A stretch of 64,000 nt of DNA. Source: Octopus vulgaris (Eukaryota). Shown in pieces: positions 13,323 through 28,494 of the stretch (its first letter is position 1; every line of letters starts with the position of its first letter). The stretch lies in NCBI GenBank assembly GCA_951406725.2, contig OX597821.1, positions 21,452,001-21,516,000 on the forward strand. The letters run 5' to 3'. The notes beneath the pieces are model-generated. The model did no database searches. It saw nothing but the letters and a program-made list of their open reading frames with translations, and had not been told where the DNA came from. Made by a program: the position numbers and the translations under genes.

Positions 13323-13371
<49 letters not shown>

Positions 13372-13487
13372 ATATGTGTATGTGTGTGTGTGTGTGTGTG
13401 TGTTTGTGTGTATACATATATGTATGTATACAAATATATATATATGTATATATACAATACATATACTATATATAAATATATATGCGC

Positions 13488-13545
<58 letters not shown>

Positions 13546-13650
13546 ATCTTTATACACGCACACACGCACACACCCGCATATGTAAGAAAGAGGTACGAAC
13601 CTTAGACGTGCTTATGGGAAAGTATGTACATATTCATATCCATGTATATA

Positions 13651-13701
13651 TCATCATCACCATCGTTTAATGTCCGCTTTCCATGCTAGCATGGGTTGGA
13701 C
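13651..13701 (-). mobile_element. Short retroposon 3'-tail fragment with (GAT)n end
   Basis: catcatcaccatcgtttaatgtccgctttccatgctagcatgggttggac, recalled as a common cephalopod retroposon tail. Confidence 0.45.
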
Positions 13702-14034
13702 AATATATATATACATATACATATATATGCACATATAAAGAGGGCGCACACATAATATATATATATGGCGTAGTCATGTCTTATGCCTTATTTACCCATG
13801 CGTCGAGATTTCCCTGTCCACAGGAACAATATCGTGATTTACGTATTCAAGGAATTTCATCCGAACTCCATCAATACAATTTCCATGTGCTGATATTTAC
13901 TTCTCGCTCTAAAATCCTGCAAGCCAGATTTGAACTTGAAATTTTAGTGCGACGGAACAAACACTGCCTCCCATTTTGTTCAAATTTCTAAACGCCAACT
14001 CCACACTAATACGCGCACACAGGCATACCATTGT

Positions 14035-14090
<56 letters not shown>

Positions 14091-14967
14091 ACACACACAC
14101 ATACACACACATACACATGTATATAGATACATATATATATTTATGTTTTCGTAAGTTATGATTTCTTATACCACAATGTAAGTGAGAGGATTATAGAATA
14201 AATAAATTAATTAAATGCAAATGTAGAATCCAATGCATTCAGAATTATATTTAAATGTATAACGTTCCTGTTGCTGTCAGATGGAAATGGCGAGATTATA
14301 ACTGCGATGTATATGATTCTAATACCCATATCCGAATGTTCAAAAATGTAAAAGAAATAGCTGACAGCAAATGAACAGTGACGTCATTTTGAGTGTGGTT
14401 TTGGACTCTTTACGTAATCCGACTAGTGATTACATTGTAATATTGCGTATTTCTGTATATAACTGTTCAAGAAACACCTTAAAGTTTTTGTTTCCATTTG
14501 TAAGTTAGTATTATCACGCGAAAATTTAGCGTGTTTGATGAGATTTGTCTCTGTGTGTGAGGTATGAAAATAATCAAACAGGAGAGCATTGTCGTAGGAC
14601 ATTTTTCACCATGTCTATGGTGCGTGCCATCGAAATATGTTGTTGACGAGAGAAAATTATTAAAGAATATTTAATGAATGCGTCAAATATTCATAAATGG
14701 CTTTGGGGAATATTCTTGTCCTTTAGACATATCTATCTGTCTTAAATTGCATTGTTTATTCACTGCTTTCACAGCATCGATGTAAAAGGAAAGTCATGCT
14801 ATCTTTGTATTATGTTTCGGAATGTATATGTATGATGACTGAAACGCATCTTAAAGTGATTACATATAATTTGGTATTCAAAATAATTCTAATTTACTAC
14901 TTGGCATTCCTGCCGTTGCATAATCAATGTAAAACTGTAAATAAACACCTTAATGTTTGTTAATGTA

Positions 14968-15436
14968 TCAGGTCATACCATAAGTTCTCTCCGATTTTAC
15001 CTTTTTTAAAATTGAATGAAATTTAACAGTATTTTAGAATGTATGATGGAATTAAAATTTATGCAATTTTTTACAGAATAATAGAATTAAAATTTCTTTG
15101 CTTAAAACTCTCTCTAACATGGAAGTATCCAAAGAGCATCTGAAGCACGTAATACTTTATGAGTACAAAAAACTAAACTCTGCAGCCGAAGCGACTCGAA
15201 GCATACACTCAGTTTATGGGAAAGAATGCTTGAATGTAAGAACTTGCAGATGCTGGTTTGCAAAATTCAGAAATGGAGATTTCAGCCTTGAAGATGAAGT
15301 TCGAACAGGACGTTCAGTTGAGTTTGATGATAAGCTCCTTGAGGCATTACTTGAAGAAAATCCTGCATTATTAGTTGAAGAATTGACAATAAGGCTTAGT
15401 TCAAACCATACAACTGTTCATCGTCATCAGAATTAG
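14968..15436 (+). mobile_element. Mariner transposon 5' fragment (TIR plus N-terminal HTH coding region)
   Basis: TA then tcaggtcataccataagttc TIR-like start. ORF 15119-15436 MEVSKEHLKHVILYEY...WFAKFRNGDFSLEDEVRTGRSVEFDD is a Mos1-type HTH; catalytic domain absent. Confidence 0.9.
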
Positions 15437-16418
15437 AACTATTTAAATACCAACTGCGGCATTTAACGGATGAATGAGCCAAATGGTGTTCGTTTTTTTT
15501 TATTTCGAATCGACTACAATATACTTATTATTTTTAATACTATTTATTCTTTCATATAGATCACTGGTGAAAAAAGAAATTCGATGTAATTCATGGATGG
15601 ATCAAAGAACATTACTGAAAAATATAAAAGGAAAATTACGAACTATACACGTAATAATATTCTTTGGGCAATTTCACTGGATTAACACAGTTTATCCGAT
15701 GTATAAAATGCTAGCTCGTATAACTAATCTTTAGGCAAAATGCCTCACGTATTTACCAACGATTAAAATGATAGATCTCAGGAACAATCCCGCATAAGCC
15801 GACAGGGTGTTATGGGGTTCCTTTAGAAGAGCACATCTTGTCAACTAGCTTGTGGGCCAATTTGCCTTTTACTTGCCATCATAGCTTTAGCTTATAGACA
15901 TTCGAAAGCAACATAGGAATCAACTTCATTGTTTTGTGTAAGAGGAAACTTTGAACTTTAAGAATTTAATTGCATCTTTACGTCTTCATGTTGAAGGCAA
16001 TACCTTTGCGAAGAACTGCCGTAAATAATCCGAAAACGTACATTTTCCGGAATAGCGACATCTTTAATAATAATGGGAAATAGTTAATGGCTAATGGTTA
16101 TTGGTTAAATGGATAGTGCAACACACTCTGTACAATGGGATAATATTTTATATTAATAGGCAAATTAATGTCTGAATTGAACTGTACACGAATACATACG
16201 TACACAATGAACATAAAGGCAGACACACATACACACACGCATACACACACACATACACACTCATATATGTTTATGTAACGTACACGCACATATTTATATT
16301 AACTGCGTGGGTATTTCTCACGTAAATATACGTTGTATATAATGTATAGCACAAAAATACGGAATCGATATAAATAACCGTTGTACACACAAACACACAC
16401 ACACAACTACATACATAT

Positions 16419-16459
<41 letters not shown>

Positions 16460-16680
16460 CATGTATATATATGTGTGTATATATGTATGTATGCATATAC
16501 ATATATGTGTATGTACGTATCTATGTATATATTCATATATATATATATCTGTATATATATATATACATACATACATACATACATACACACATATACAAAC
16601 CTATACACACATATATATACGTGTATTCAGAGAAAGAGAGAGATTTAAATAGTATACTTATGCATATACATAATACATAC

Positions 16681-16718
<38 letters not shown>

Positions 16719-16747
16719 ATATAATGTAATATAGTATAATATATTAA

Positions 16748-16828
<81 letters not shown>

Positions 16829-17531
16829 CATACATACAATCATACTTATACACATTTATGTGTATATGTGTGTGTGTCTATGCATATGTATATGCATATA
16901 CATATATGCATACACAGATACACACACATATATATGTATTTATGTGTATGTATGTGTGTGCATGTGTATGTGAGTGAGTGTGTCTGTGCGTGCGTGTAAA
17001 ACGTTTAGACTTCAATACCAACCAATTATATTTTCAATTATTCCGTTTTACTTGTTTACTTGTTTTATAATGGAAGCTTTATGAGAAAGAAAAAGTAGAA
17101 GTGCGTCCGATTATGTGTTTGAGTGTTTACGTGTACATAGCTATGCATACACATATGTGTGTATGTAACTAAGTACTTGTATATTTGTATCCCTCTGTAG
17201 TATGTGCGACATATTTAATGGTAGGTTGTTAACGCACATCTTTATATCTTGCTAGGTTTTATACGTTGAATATTCAGTTGCTTCAAGTTGCTAATATACA
17301 TTCATTTATTAAACAAACTCTTTTGATCTCATCACGATTCCGACAAATTTCAGCTCTAAATTTATATTATATTATATTATACTGTACCATATCATATTTT
17401 ATTTTATTTTCATCACATTATGACATTCTTTCAATAATTTGTATATCTATCTCACCTCTCTTTATTGTGCTTCGCCAACTTATTCCATTTACTATTGTTT
17501 TCGCCACCAGTACCAACACCACCAACAAAAC

Positions 17532-17886
<355 letters not shown>

Positions 17887-18010
17887 GTTAGCTCATTGGA
17901 CAAAAGTCTTATGTCATTTGTCTTTATTTTCTGAGTTCAGTTTCTGCCGAAGTCGACTTTGCCTGTCATCCTTTCGGGGTCGGTAGAAATAAGAACCAGT
18001 CATGTATTAG
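17887..18010 (+). mobile_element. SINE family B fragment
   Basis: ttctgagttca..tctgccgaagtcgactttgcct.tcatcctttcggggtcg. Confidence 0.75.
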
Positions 18011-19342
18011 AGCGGCGTGGTGGCAGAATCGTTGATCCCGGTGGCGGTGGAGGTGGAGGTGTTCTTCTTGTTGATGGTGGTGATGATCATTATGATTATG
18101 ACGATTATGATGATGACGACGATGCAAAAAGTGAGAGGGACAGAGAATAGGATTGGAGAGCATGTTGTGGAGATGGCAGCTGTGTTAGTAATTCTTTAAA
18201 TCACTGTCTCGATTTAGCTAAAGTTCTGGGTACGGTCATTGCGATTTTTTAAATTGTTAACCCGGCTGAAGAGGTTATTTTACTACTGCAACTACTACTA
18301 CTGATGCTGCTGCTGTGGTTGTTGGAGCCGTCGTAGTTCCGACAGAAGATGGCCTTGTAGTGACGCTCAATGCTGTTCCGTTTAACGGTGTTGCTTTCTA
18401 CTGATGTTGTTTTTACTACTTACCGTTATTGTTATTCTTGTTCTTCATATTCTCTGGTATTTGGTGTTGATTTTATTTTCATCTCAACCACACTTAACCG
18501 AATAAAACTTATCAAAGACATTCCGGATGTGACTGAGTTGTAGACTATATCTTAACTTGCTGCGCATCTTGCCGTGAATATATTGCAGCTGCTGCTGTTG
18601 CTGCTGCTAATTATCATGATGATGATGATGATGATGATTTCAGGTACTGTGGTCGATGTAATCGATATAACCCTCCCCCAAAATCCTCCTCCTCATCATC
18701 ATCATACTCATTACCATCCTCATCATCCTCATCCTCATCATCGTCATCATCATCATCATCATCATCATCACCACCATCCTGATGAAGATCATGATGATGA
18801 TCACGATGATGACCTTGGTGCAATAGTTACTGTTGATATTTATAACTAACACACCTGGAAATAAGGTGCGTCACCCACAATACTTTAGAAAAATATGCAG
18901 TTGCTAGTTCGTTAATGCATCTTTATAACCAAAATCTACATCCACATCACTTCTATAGATTATGCGTCTGCCATTGAAACTCATTGTCTAGACAGGAATT
19001 AGATGAATTCCACCTCATGTTTACATAGCAGACAGGTGATATAATTAGGCAAACAGCATCCTATCACTAGAATTTCATATCCTTGCATATATTATGTATG
19101 TATATGTATACATATATAAATATACGTATAATGTATATATCTGGTTTATATATAAATATAAATATATATATATACAAATATTTATATACACACACACATA
19201 TATATATATATATATATGTTTATATACATACGTGTATGTATATATATATATATATGTATAAGTCTACATATATATGTATATATATATACATGTGCATATA
19301 TAATATATATACATATATACATATATATATATATACATATCC

Positions 19343-19374
<32 letters not shown>

Positions 19375-19375
<1 letters not shown>

Positions 19376-20177
19376 TAATTTCAACAATTGTCTTCTTATC
19401 ACTTCTGAAGATCCGCTCGAACTATCAGTGCTAGCAAATTCAAAATATGCAAGCGAAGAATTTCTGCTCTCCCCTTTCCACCAGCGTGGGTTAAAATTGG
19501 TAAACACTATGTTTTATCGGTAAAAACCGAAGCATTAAATAGAGAGAAATGAATTATAATTTCAACAATTGAGGGTAAAATTAATTAATTATTAATCAAT
19601 TTCACCAAGTATTCAGTATGTAAAGGGACCATTTAAGGCGAATTCAAATTATTACATTATATAAAAGGGCTTAGTAAAATAAATTACTTTGCCACATACT
19701 GAACTCATTAGAAATAGCAGCTAAAAAAATTTCTTTAAACTATTTACTTAAAGAAAATCTCTCTCATATAGTGTTTGCTCAAGTCAACTCACGATGGTAT
19801 GGGGGTAAAGACATTAAAAAATCACAAATGCAAAGGTTATTTGAGAACGTACGTTTCTAGATTAGTCAAATCGACATTTCTTTCGTCAGCTCAGAACTCC
19901 TTGATTCGGATTTGGGAACACTGAAAGTGGGAGCATACGCTTTTGGCTTCTTATCACTTCTGAAGATCCGCTCGAACTATCAGTGCTAGCAAATTCAAAA
20001 TATGCAAGCGAAGAATTTCTGCTCTCCCCTTTCCACCAGCGTGGGTTAAACTTGGTAAACACTATGTTTTATCGGTAAAAACCGAAGCATTAAATAGAGA
20101 GAAATGAATTATAATTTCAACAATTGAGGGTAAAATTAATTAATTATTAATCAATTTCACCAAGTATTCAGTATGTA
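19375..20177 (-). mobile_element. Penelope-like pLTR relic in partial-tandem arrangement
   Basis: 231-bp direct repeat (19392-19622 and 19947-20177, one visible mismatch, period 555 bp) with a hammerhead motif between the copies; adjoins a TA microsatellite. Confidence 0.75.
19842..19893 (-). ncRNA. Type I hammerhead ribozyme
   Basis: Minus strand: tgag-CTGACGA-aagaaatgtcgatttgactaatcta-GAAACGTACGTT-ctca. Intact core, stem I tgag/ctca, stem II aga/tct plus gtc/gac, palindromic ACGTACGT helix III. Confidence 0.7.
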
Positions 20178-20389
20178 TTTGTGTGTCTGTGTTTGCCCCC
20201 CTAGCATTGCTTGATAACCGATGCCGGTGTGTTTACGTCCCCGTCACTTAGCGATTCGGCAAAAGAGACCGATAGAATAAGTACTGGGCTTACAAAGAAT
20301 AAGTCCCGGGGTCGATTTGCTCGGCTAAAGGCGGTGCTCCAGCATGGCCGCAGTCAAATGACTGAAACAAGTAAAAGAGTAAAAGAATA
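20178..20389 (+). mobile_element. SINE family A 3' half (young)
   Basis: Near-identical to the tails at 58280-58470 and 62220-62390. Confidence 0.9.
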
Positions 20390-20529
20390 TATATGTATAT
20401 ATATATACATATATATATATATAATATATATATACATATATATATATACATATATATATGTATATATATACATATATATATGTATATATATATACATATA
20501 TATATGTATATATATATACATATATATAC

Positions 20530-20593
<64 letters not shown>

Positions 20594-20595
<2 letters not shown>

Positions 20596-20866
20596 AGATG
20601 TACTCGCATAGCAAGTAATTTGATCTGAGATCGTGTGCTGAAACGAAAACAATTGCAGCGTGGAAGGTGTTTATAAGCCATTTAAGAAACACACAAAAGC
20701 CGTTCGATTCACTTCAACATTTAAGTTTAATTTGTCAAAATATTTTCGTCGCGGATTTTAGCGACGAAAATATTTTGACAAATTAAACTTAAATGTTGAA
20801 GTGAATCGAACGGCTTTTGTGTGTTTCTTAAATGGCATATAAACTCCTACCACGCTGCAAGTGTTT
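20594..20866. repeat. Long inverted repeat (106-bp arms, 8-bp spacer) in a (TA)n tract; probable PLE inverted end
   Basis: Arms 20647-20752 and 20761-20866, four mismatches counted by eye. Confidence 0.9.
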
Positions 20867-20871
20867 ATATA

Positions 20872-21067
<196 letters not shown>

Positions 21068-21580
21068 ATATATATTCGTACGTATCCTACGTAATAAGAA
21101 ATTCTGAATTGCTGTCCTGCTTTTCTTCCAAATGACAAACTTTTGGAACCTGAAAGTAATAAAGAAACTAAAGAAGAAGAAACAAAGAAAAAAAGAAATA
21201 GACTACATACATATACACGTACAAATGCATACATACGTCTTTAGAAAATTATATACACCGGCGTATCAACATGTTCCATCGACAGGTAGCTATATATAGA
21301 GACAATCTTTAGACATTTTCAAAACTTTTGCCTTTAAATCTCTCGTTATTAACCAATCTTTCTTCTTTCCATTTTCACGAACTGAAGTCTAAAGTTTCTG
21401 GTTCCTACATCTGGTAAATATCACATAACTCATAAGCCGATTCCTTAATTTGATTGGCTCTTCCACCCTTTCGTCGTCAACTAATCTGCTTCTATTTTCA
21501 GGATTCCTTCACTAAATGTCCATTCCTGCAAATTGGGAATATTTCAGTTCTGTTCTGGACAATATTTCTCTGGTCCTTCG

Positions 21581-21644
<64 letters not shown>

Positions 21645-21702
21645 GTGTGTCTGAGAGTGTGAGTGTGTGTGTGTGTATGTATGTATATACACACACACTC
21701 AC

Positions 21703-21733
<31 letters not shown>

Positions 21734-21892
21734 AGTGTATGCAAAAGTACAAGGACACACACGTGTAGTACATTCATACATATATAGTAATAATAATAAT
21801 AATAATTGGAAGTTAGTAGTTTGAAGACCACCACACAGACTTAACGTATAAAGTTGAGCAGGCAAATTATCCAAGTTTCTACGCGCGCGCTC

Positions 21893-21931
<39 letters not shown>

Positions 21932-22484
21932 CTCACACTCACACACAGACACACACACGCACGCAACCACGCACACACACATATATGACATTATTTTACT
22001 ATGAATGACTGTGGTATGGTTTATTTCTCTGAAAATATCCGACGTTTATTTACGAACTTTCTATTTCGGTCTAATTAATCTTTTCTCTGACACAACTGGT
22101 CATTTTATGTCACCATTCGCATTTCAGTTTTCGACAAGTTTTCTCGACAAGTAAGTTTTGTCTCGATAAGTTTTCTCTTCAATATCAAATATAATATTGA
22201 ACACAATGCCATCATATTCATACCACTTCGACATCATATTCAAATCAAACTCTGTGTTTTGTATACTCATAGAGAAGATGTATCTGTGTAATTTCACGTC
22301 AAGTCGCATTCAACTGGATTATAATATGAAGGTCTAGAGTTGAGCGACTGGTCGTCAACCACTGATCTGCTGGTTTAGGTATGCAATGCCTCTCCCTTGA
22401 CGAGAAACTAATTTGCACAATCTCCTATCACATGATACAATGTGACTCCTTAAATGTATTATACTCAGCCCATTTTCAATTTTG

Positions 22485-22928
22485 TTTTATCTTTTATCTT
22501 TTACTTGTTTCAGTTAATAGACTGCGACAATGCTGGAGCACCTCTTTGAACTTTTAATTGAGTGAATCGGCAACAGTGTTTCTTTTTTTTTTCAGAAGTG
22601 GTACTTATACTATCGGTTTCTGTTTCAGAACCGCTAGATTATGGGGACACAAATACACCAATACCGGTTGGCAAGCGATGGGTGGGGTACAAACAGACAC
22701 AAAGATACACACACAAACACAAACACACACACACACACACACACAAGAATTCACACATACTCAAACATATGTACACGACGGACTTCTTTCATTTTCCGTC
22801 TACCAAATCCACTCACAAGGCTTTGGTCGGCCCGTGGCTATAGTTGCTGAAGATGCCATGCAATGGGACTGAACCCGGAACCATGTGGTTTGAAAGCAAG
22901 CTTCTTACCAGAGAGCCACGCCTGCGCC
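22485..22928 (-). mobile_element. SINE family A, full length
   Basis: Tail ttttacttgtttcag, core taccaaatccactcacaaggctttggtcggccc, head gggactgaacccggaaccatgtgg...gccacgcctgcgcc. Confidence 0.88.
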
Positions 22929-22979
22929 TATTTGATATTGGTCTCAAATGTTGGCACAAGGCCAGCAAATTCACGGAAG

Positions 22980-23141
22980 GATTTAAGTCCATTATATCGA
23001 TCCCAGTATTCAACTGGTTCTTCTGCTATCGACTCCAAAAGTATAAAAGGAAAAGTCGACCTCAGTAGCATTTGAACTCAGAGCGAAAAGACATATGCAA
23101 TGGCGCAAAGCATTTTGCCTGGCGTGCTATCGATTCTGCCG
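22980..23141 (-). mobile_element. SINE family B, degenerate
   Basis: aaaagtcgacctcag..atttgaactcaga...ggcgtgcta.cgattctgcc. Confidence 0.75.
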
Positions 23142-23359
23142 TCTCAACAACTTACACCTCTTTTATATTACGATGTTAAGAGCAGCAGTTGCAAGATAAC
23201 AGAGATTCAGTCTTATGGCAACTATCGTTATAACACTGCTGCTTTTATTGATGATGTGCTTTCTAATATAATTCCGCAAACTTTTCATTTATTTAGTTAC
23301 TATGATACTTTTTAATCATATTTGGCGAGAAGACAAAACTGTTGAGAAGTAAAAGAATT

Positions 23360-23520
23360 CCATTACATCGAGATCACAGCTCAACTAGCACTTATTTTAT
23401 CCCACTCAAAAGAATCAAAGACAAAGTCAGCCCCGGTGATATTTCAATTCAGAACATGAAACTGCAAAAAATGCCCACTAAGCGTTTTGTGTGAGGTGCA
23501 AACGACTTCGCCAGCTTCGC
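23360..23520 (-). mobile_element. SINE family B, older degenerate copy
   Basis: attacatcga..cttattttatc..aaagacaaagtc..ttcagaac..gccagct. Confidence 0.6.
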
Positions 23521-24256
23521 TTCTTATTTATTTACTATGATATTAGTAATCGCTGTGACGATGTTTATAAAACAATTCAAATACTTTGTCCTGCTTTATC
23601 ATTTTTGTTTTGAAGATCCACATTCTGCCCTTATTCAACATACCCACAACATTTACGTGGGCTGTTAGTCCAATATTTAAGCGCCAATAGCTATGGTTCA
23701 CACACAATTCAGATTTTTATATGAAATCCAATTCAGATTACTGAGAGAGGAATGGCAGAAATTTAGATTATTTGGACTGGTCTCCGTCAATAATGTTTTT
23801 TCGTTTACCAGAGTTCGACATCTTCACTCTGTGAGAGCCTAGCTACTCGCTCTCTCTTTTTGTCTATAGCCCCTCCTCTCTTTCTTTTTTCTCTCTCTAT
23901 CCCACTCACTCTCCGTCTCCCATTCTCTCCTTCTCTATCTCCCTCTCTCTCCTATTCTTTCTTGAATGTCCACCCTGTACATCTAGAAGGGTTGTCATAG
24001 ACTACTTACAACATGTCTCATCGAATTGAGACAGGACCTAGATTCTCAGAAGTAAAAATGTCTTAATTGCCTCTACAGTAAGGAATGGAAATAAGTTATG
24101 CACACCTGGATGCGCGCGTGTACACTAAATAGGTAGACAGATAGACAGACAGACAGACAGACAGACAAACAAGCCGATATACAGACAGATAGAAATACAG
24201 AAAGAAAATATATACACACGCATATACATCACACACACACATATAGATAGACAGAC

Positions 24257-24852
<596 letters not shown>

Positions 24853-24862
24853 GATAGATAGA

Positions 24863-25043
24863 TATGTTTCTTTATTAGCCACACAGGGCTGCACACAGAC
24901 GGGACAGATTACAAAGTAGAACTTTTCTTTTTTGGTGGAGAAAAAAAATATAAAGGTGGGGTAGGTTTTTGATAAAAAGGGGTCGTAAAAGGGAAAGCAG
25001 AACGAAGAAAAGAAAAATGATCAATTGGGATCGGGTATCACAG
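24863..25043 (-). mobile_element. Second, shorter copy of the same LINE 3' UTR
   Basis: Diverged paralogue of 24373-24568 (cacacagggct.cacacagacgggacagattaca); GATA units on both sides. Confidence 0.8.
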
Positions 25044-25139
<96 letters not shown>

Positions 25140-25389
25140 CAGACAGATAGAATGCAGCATGTACTAACACAGATACACATGCAAAACGAAATATACAAAC
25201 GTGTAAAGGCTTACTCACACAGATCATTTCGAAGCTAACAATTCGCGGATGTACTTTAGTATCGCAAATTGGTTTTCATTTGAATTAGTTTGGAACTGTC
25301 ATTTGTATCTTTTAAAAGATAAGAGTTCTTCTCATCGCTGAAAATAGATTGCTGCGGAAATACGTCTATAAAACACCTACGTCTTATTC

Positions 25390-25453
<64 letters not shown>

Positions 25454-25629
25454 TATATACATATATATATATATACGTATGTATATATTTATATATATTT
25501 ATGTTTTAATGTATATATATGTGTATGTATGTACGTGCATGTGAATTATATATTTGTAGGTGTGTTAGAATGTGTACGCATTCACATATACATGTATTCA
25601 TATATATAAGTATATACAACCGCATACAC

Positions 25630-25670
<41 letters not shown>

Positions 25671-25709
25671 ATTATTTATATGTATATACATATATATATA
25701 CACACACAT

Positions 25710-25746
<37 letters not shown>

Positions 25747-26053
25747 GATAGATATACATATATGTATATAATATATATAAACGTATAAATATATATATAT
25801 ATAATATACATATATATCTGCGTATGCACATATACATACATGTACAAATATATATATATATATATATACGTGTATATATATATATCTTTCTAAATATCTA
25901 ATGTATATGCATACATAATTTAGTGCATACATGTATCATTATATTCATGCATGCATAACTATGTGTGTGTGCATATGTGTATAGTTGTGACTTAATTCAG
26001 AAATAAACATGTATAGGTCGTACGGAAGTGAAAATGTATATATACATATATAT

Positions 26054-26086
<33 letters not shown>

Positions 26087-26215
26087 GCGAAAGAGAGAGA
26101 AAGAGAGAGAGAAAGAAAGAAAGAGATAGATGGCAAGATAGAGAGAGCGAGAAAAAGATACCCTCGCGTGCTTAAAGGCGGATGTTCCTTCTGATGTGTG
26201 TGTAAGAAAGATGTG

Positions 26216-26256
<41 letters not shown>

Positions 26257-26881
26257 CAAGTGAAGAGCGAGAGAGTGTGATAACATGATATATAGGGAGA
26301 AACATGGAAGGAAGGTATCTGACTATTTATTCCCATTGGTGATCTCTTCTAGTAACGATATTAGATCAAAGTTTTAAAGAAAAATATTTCATTGATCTTT
26401 GGTCATTTCGATAGAATTCAAGTCGTTGAAAGACGAAAGAATAGAGAGCGCCATCTATTTCCTTTTCACCAACCAATCATATCCCACATCTTTTTCCTTT
26501 TGTAGCAATCATGAAAGAGATGGACTCCTGTGATATCAGTTTAATATCACCCTCTATAACTTCCTAGATAGATCAAACGGCATAGATTCAGTCTTTCCTA
26601 TTTAACCCTCTGATCTAATTTCATGTAGTTTTCGTTTCCGTTTGAAGTGAATTCACCTAACTTTACACTGATATTCCTTTAATGGAATGGCATGAATATC
26701 ACAAATTCTCGGTTCTTCAGTTCTTTCGATACGTAAGATAAACATAAACATTACGTCTGAATTTCATATTCCAAAAATGATTTTATAGAATACATTCATC
26801 CCTTACTCTAATAAATTATATTCATTTATTTATCTGTTTATGTCTTCATTTCCATTTTTTATGTTCTGGTAATTTACTTCA

Positions 26882-26947
26882 GAATTCTAAGTTCAAATCC
26901 CGCTGAGGTCAACGTGGTCTTTCAACCTTTTGTGCCCGATGCAATAA
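26882..26947 (+). mobile_element. SINE family B fragment
   Basis: ttctaagttcaaatcccgctgaggtcaac...tttcaacctttt. Confidence 0.55.
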
Positions 26948-27026
26948 TTTTCCGCAATGAGCCAGAGTTGCTCAATAACATACCTACCAATCTTAGCTAC
27001 CTACCTACATATACATATACATACAT

Positions 27027-27139
<113 letters not shown>

Positions 27140-28108
27140 ATATATGCAGATTCATAAACTCATACATATGTATAATAGTTTTGTCTATGTATAAATGTTT
27201 GCATGTATGATTACATAAACACATACACACATATATATCTCTGCTCGAGCGTGTGTGTGTGTTAGTAAGACTGAATGATAACTTACATTTTCCGGAACAT
27301 GTAAAGACACAATCAGCTAAGTTATACTGTATTGTGTTCAACACTCACACACACATTTGCATTCTATGATTTTCAGTAACAACCATTTCTATCGATATTT
27401 CCATCAGTGTACTGTATTATAAAATATAATTGTCCATCTATATGTTATTAATATTACGCTTTGTTTAAAACTAAAGACAACTGATGCCAACTTCAGATAG
27501 TGTTATCGTTGTTTTCATTGCTTCCGGTTTTCTTCTTTTGGCTGATGCTGATGCTATTTTAGAGACATTTGCTCTTGATATAACAGTCATTTTATTTCCA
27601 GAATGTCGAGTGGCCTGGTTTGTAAAGCTTCGTCCTCGTTTGCTTTATCGAACATACTTAAAAGTCATTTTAGGACGAATCATATCCTCTGAGTTGATCT
27701 TCAGTTTGAAACAAAGAAATATACCTTCTCCATTTACTTTAACCCGCTTTCACTGCGTTTATTTCTTGTACACTCTTCAAACCTTAGGCTTTCTGGAGAG
27801 GTACTTACTAAGATTCAGGCTTGCTACCCGCGGTTTGTCACTTCATCAATATGAAGACTATTTCTTCAAAATGTTACACCACGTAACATACCGAGTCGAC
27901 TTTCGCTTAGATGTTACATTCGAGAATTCAGTTAAATGTTTGTGGAGAACAGAGAGTGACTGATATGTGTTTTGAAATTTATTCAATCTTCGCCCAATAC
28001 AAACATAATCATATTTATGCAATTTATATTAACAATTTGTTTTTGTTTCTCTCTTATGATTTGCTAGTATTCCAAAATCAAAAGTAAATTTGGATTAGGG
28101 ACACTAAT

Positions 28109-28494
28109 GGATGGAAGCACTCCGTCGGTTACGAGGACCATGGTTCCGGTTGATCCGATCAACGGAACAGCCTGCTCGTGAAATTAACGTGTAAGTGGCT
28201 GAGCACTCCACAGGCACGTGTACCCTTAACGTAGTTCTCGGGGATATTCAGCGTGACACAGAGAGTGACAAGGCCGGCCCTTTGAAATACAGGTACAACA
28301 GAAACAGGAAGTAAGAGTGAGAGAAAGTTGTGGTGAAAGAGTACAGCAGGGATCACCACCATCCCTGTCGGAGACTCGTGGAGCTTTAGGTGTTTTCGCT
28401 CAATAAACACTCACAACGCCCGGTCTTGGAATCGAAACCGCGATCCTACGACCGCGAGTCGACTGCCCTAACCACTGGGCCATTGCGCCTCCAC
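28109..28494 (-). mobile_element. tRNA-derived SINE family C (tail type 1) with 12-bp TSD
   Basis: Minus-strand head gtggaggcgcaaTGGCCCAGTGGttagg...GTTTCGATTCC. TSD agggacactaat at 28097-28108 and 28495-28506. Confidence 0.93.

Noticed and set aside
19404-19468. Plus-strand CTGAAGA..GAAGAATTTC as a second hammerhead in the direct repeat
   Set aside because: The GAAA core and stem I are not convincingly formed.
26446-26457. CTCF-like motif (minus strand TAGATGGCGCTC)
   Set aside because: Partial match only; expected by chance or within transposon debris.
27484-27963. 159-aa non-repetitive ORF
   Set aside because: No recognisable motif or splice context, and the antisense frames contain stops. 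A BLASTx would be needed.
28420-28494. tRNA gene
   Set aside because: A and B boxes are present but fused to a SINE body and bounded by TSDs; no complete acceptor stem. The same applies to other SINE heads.
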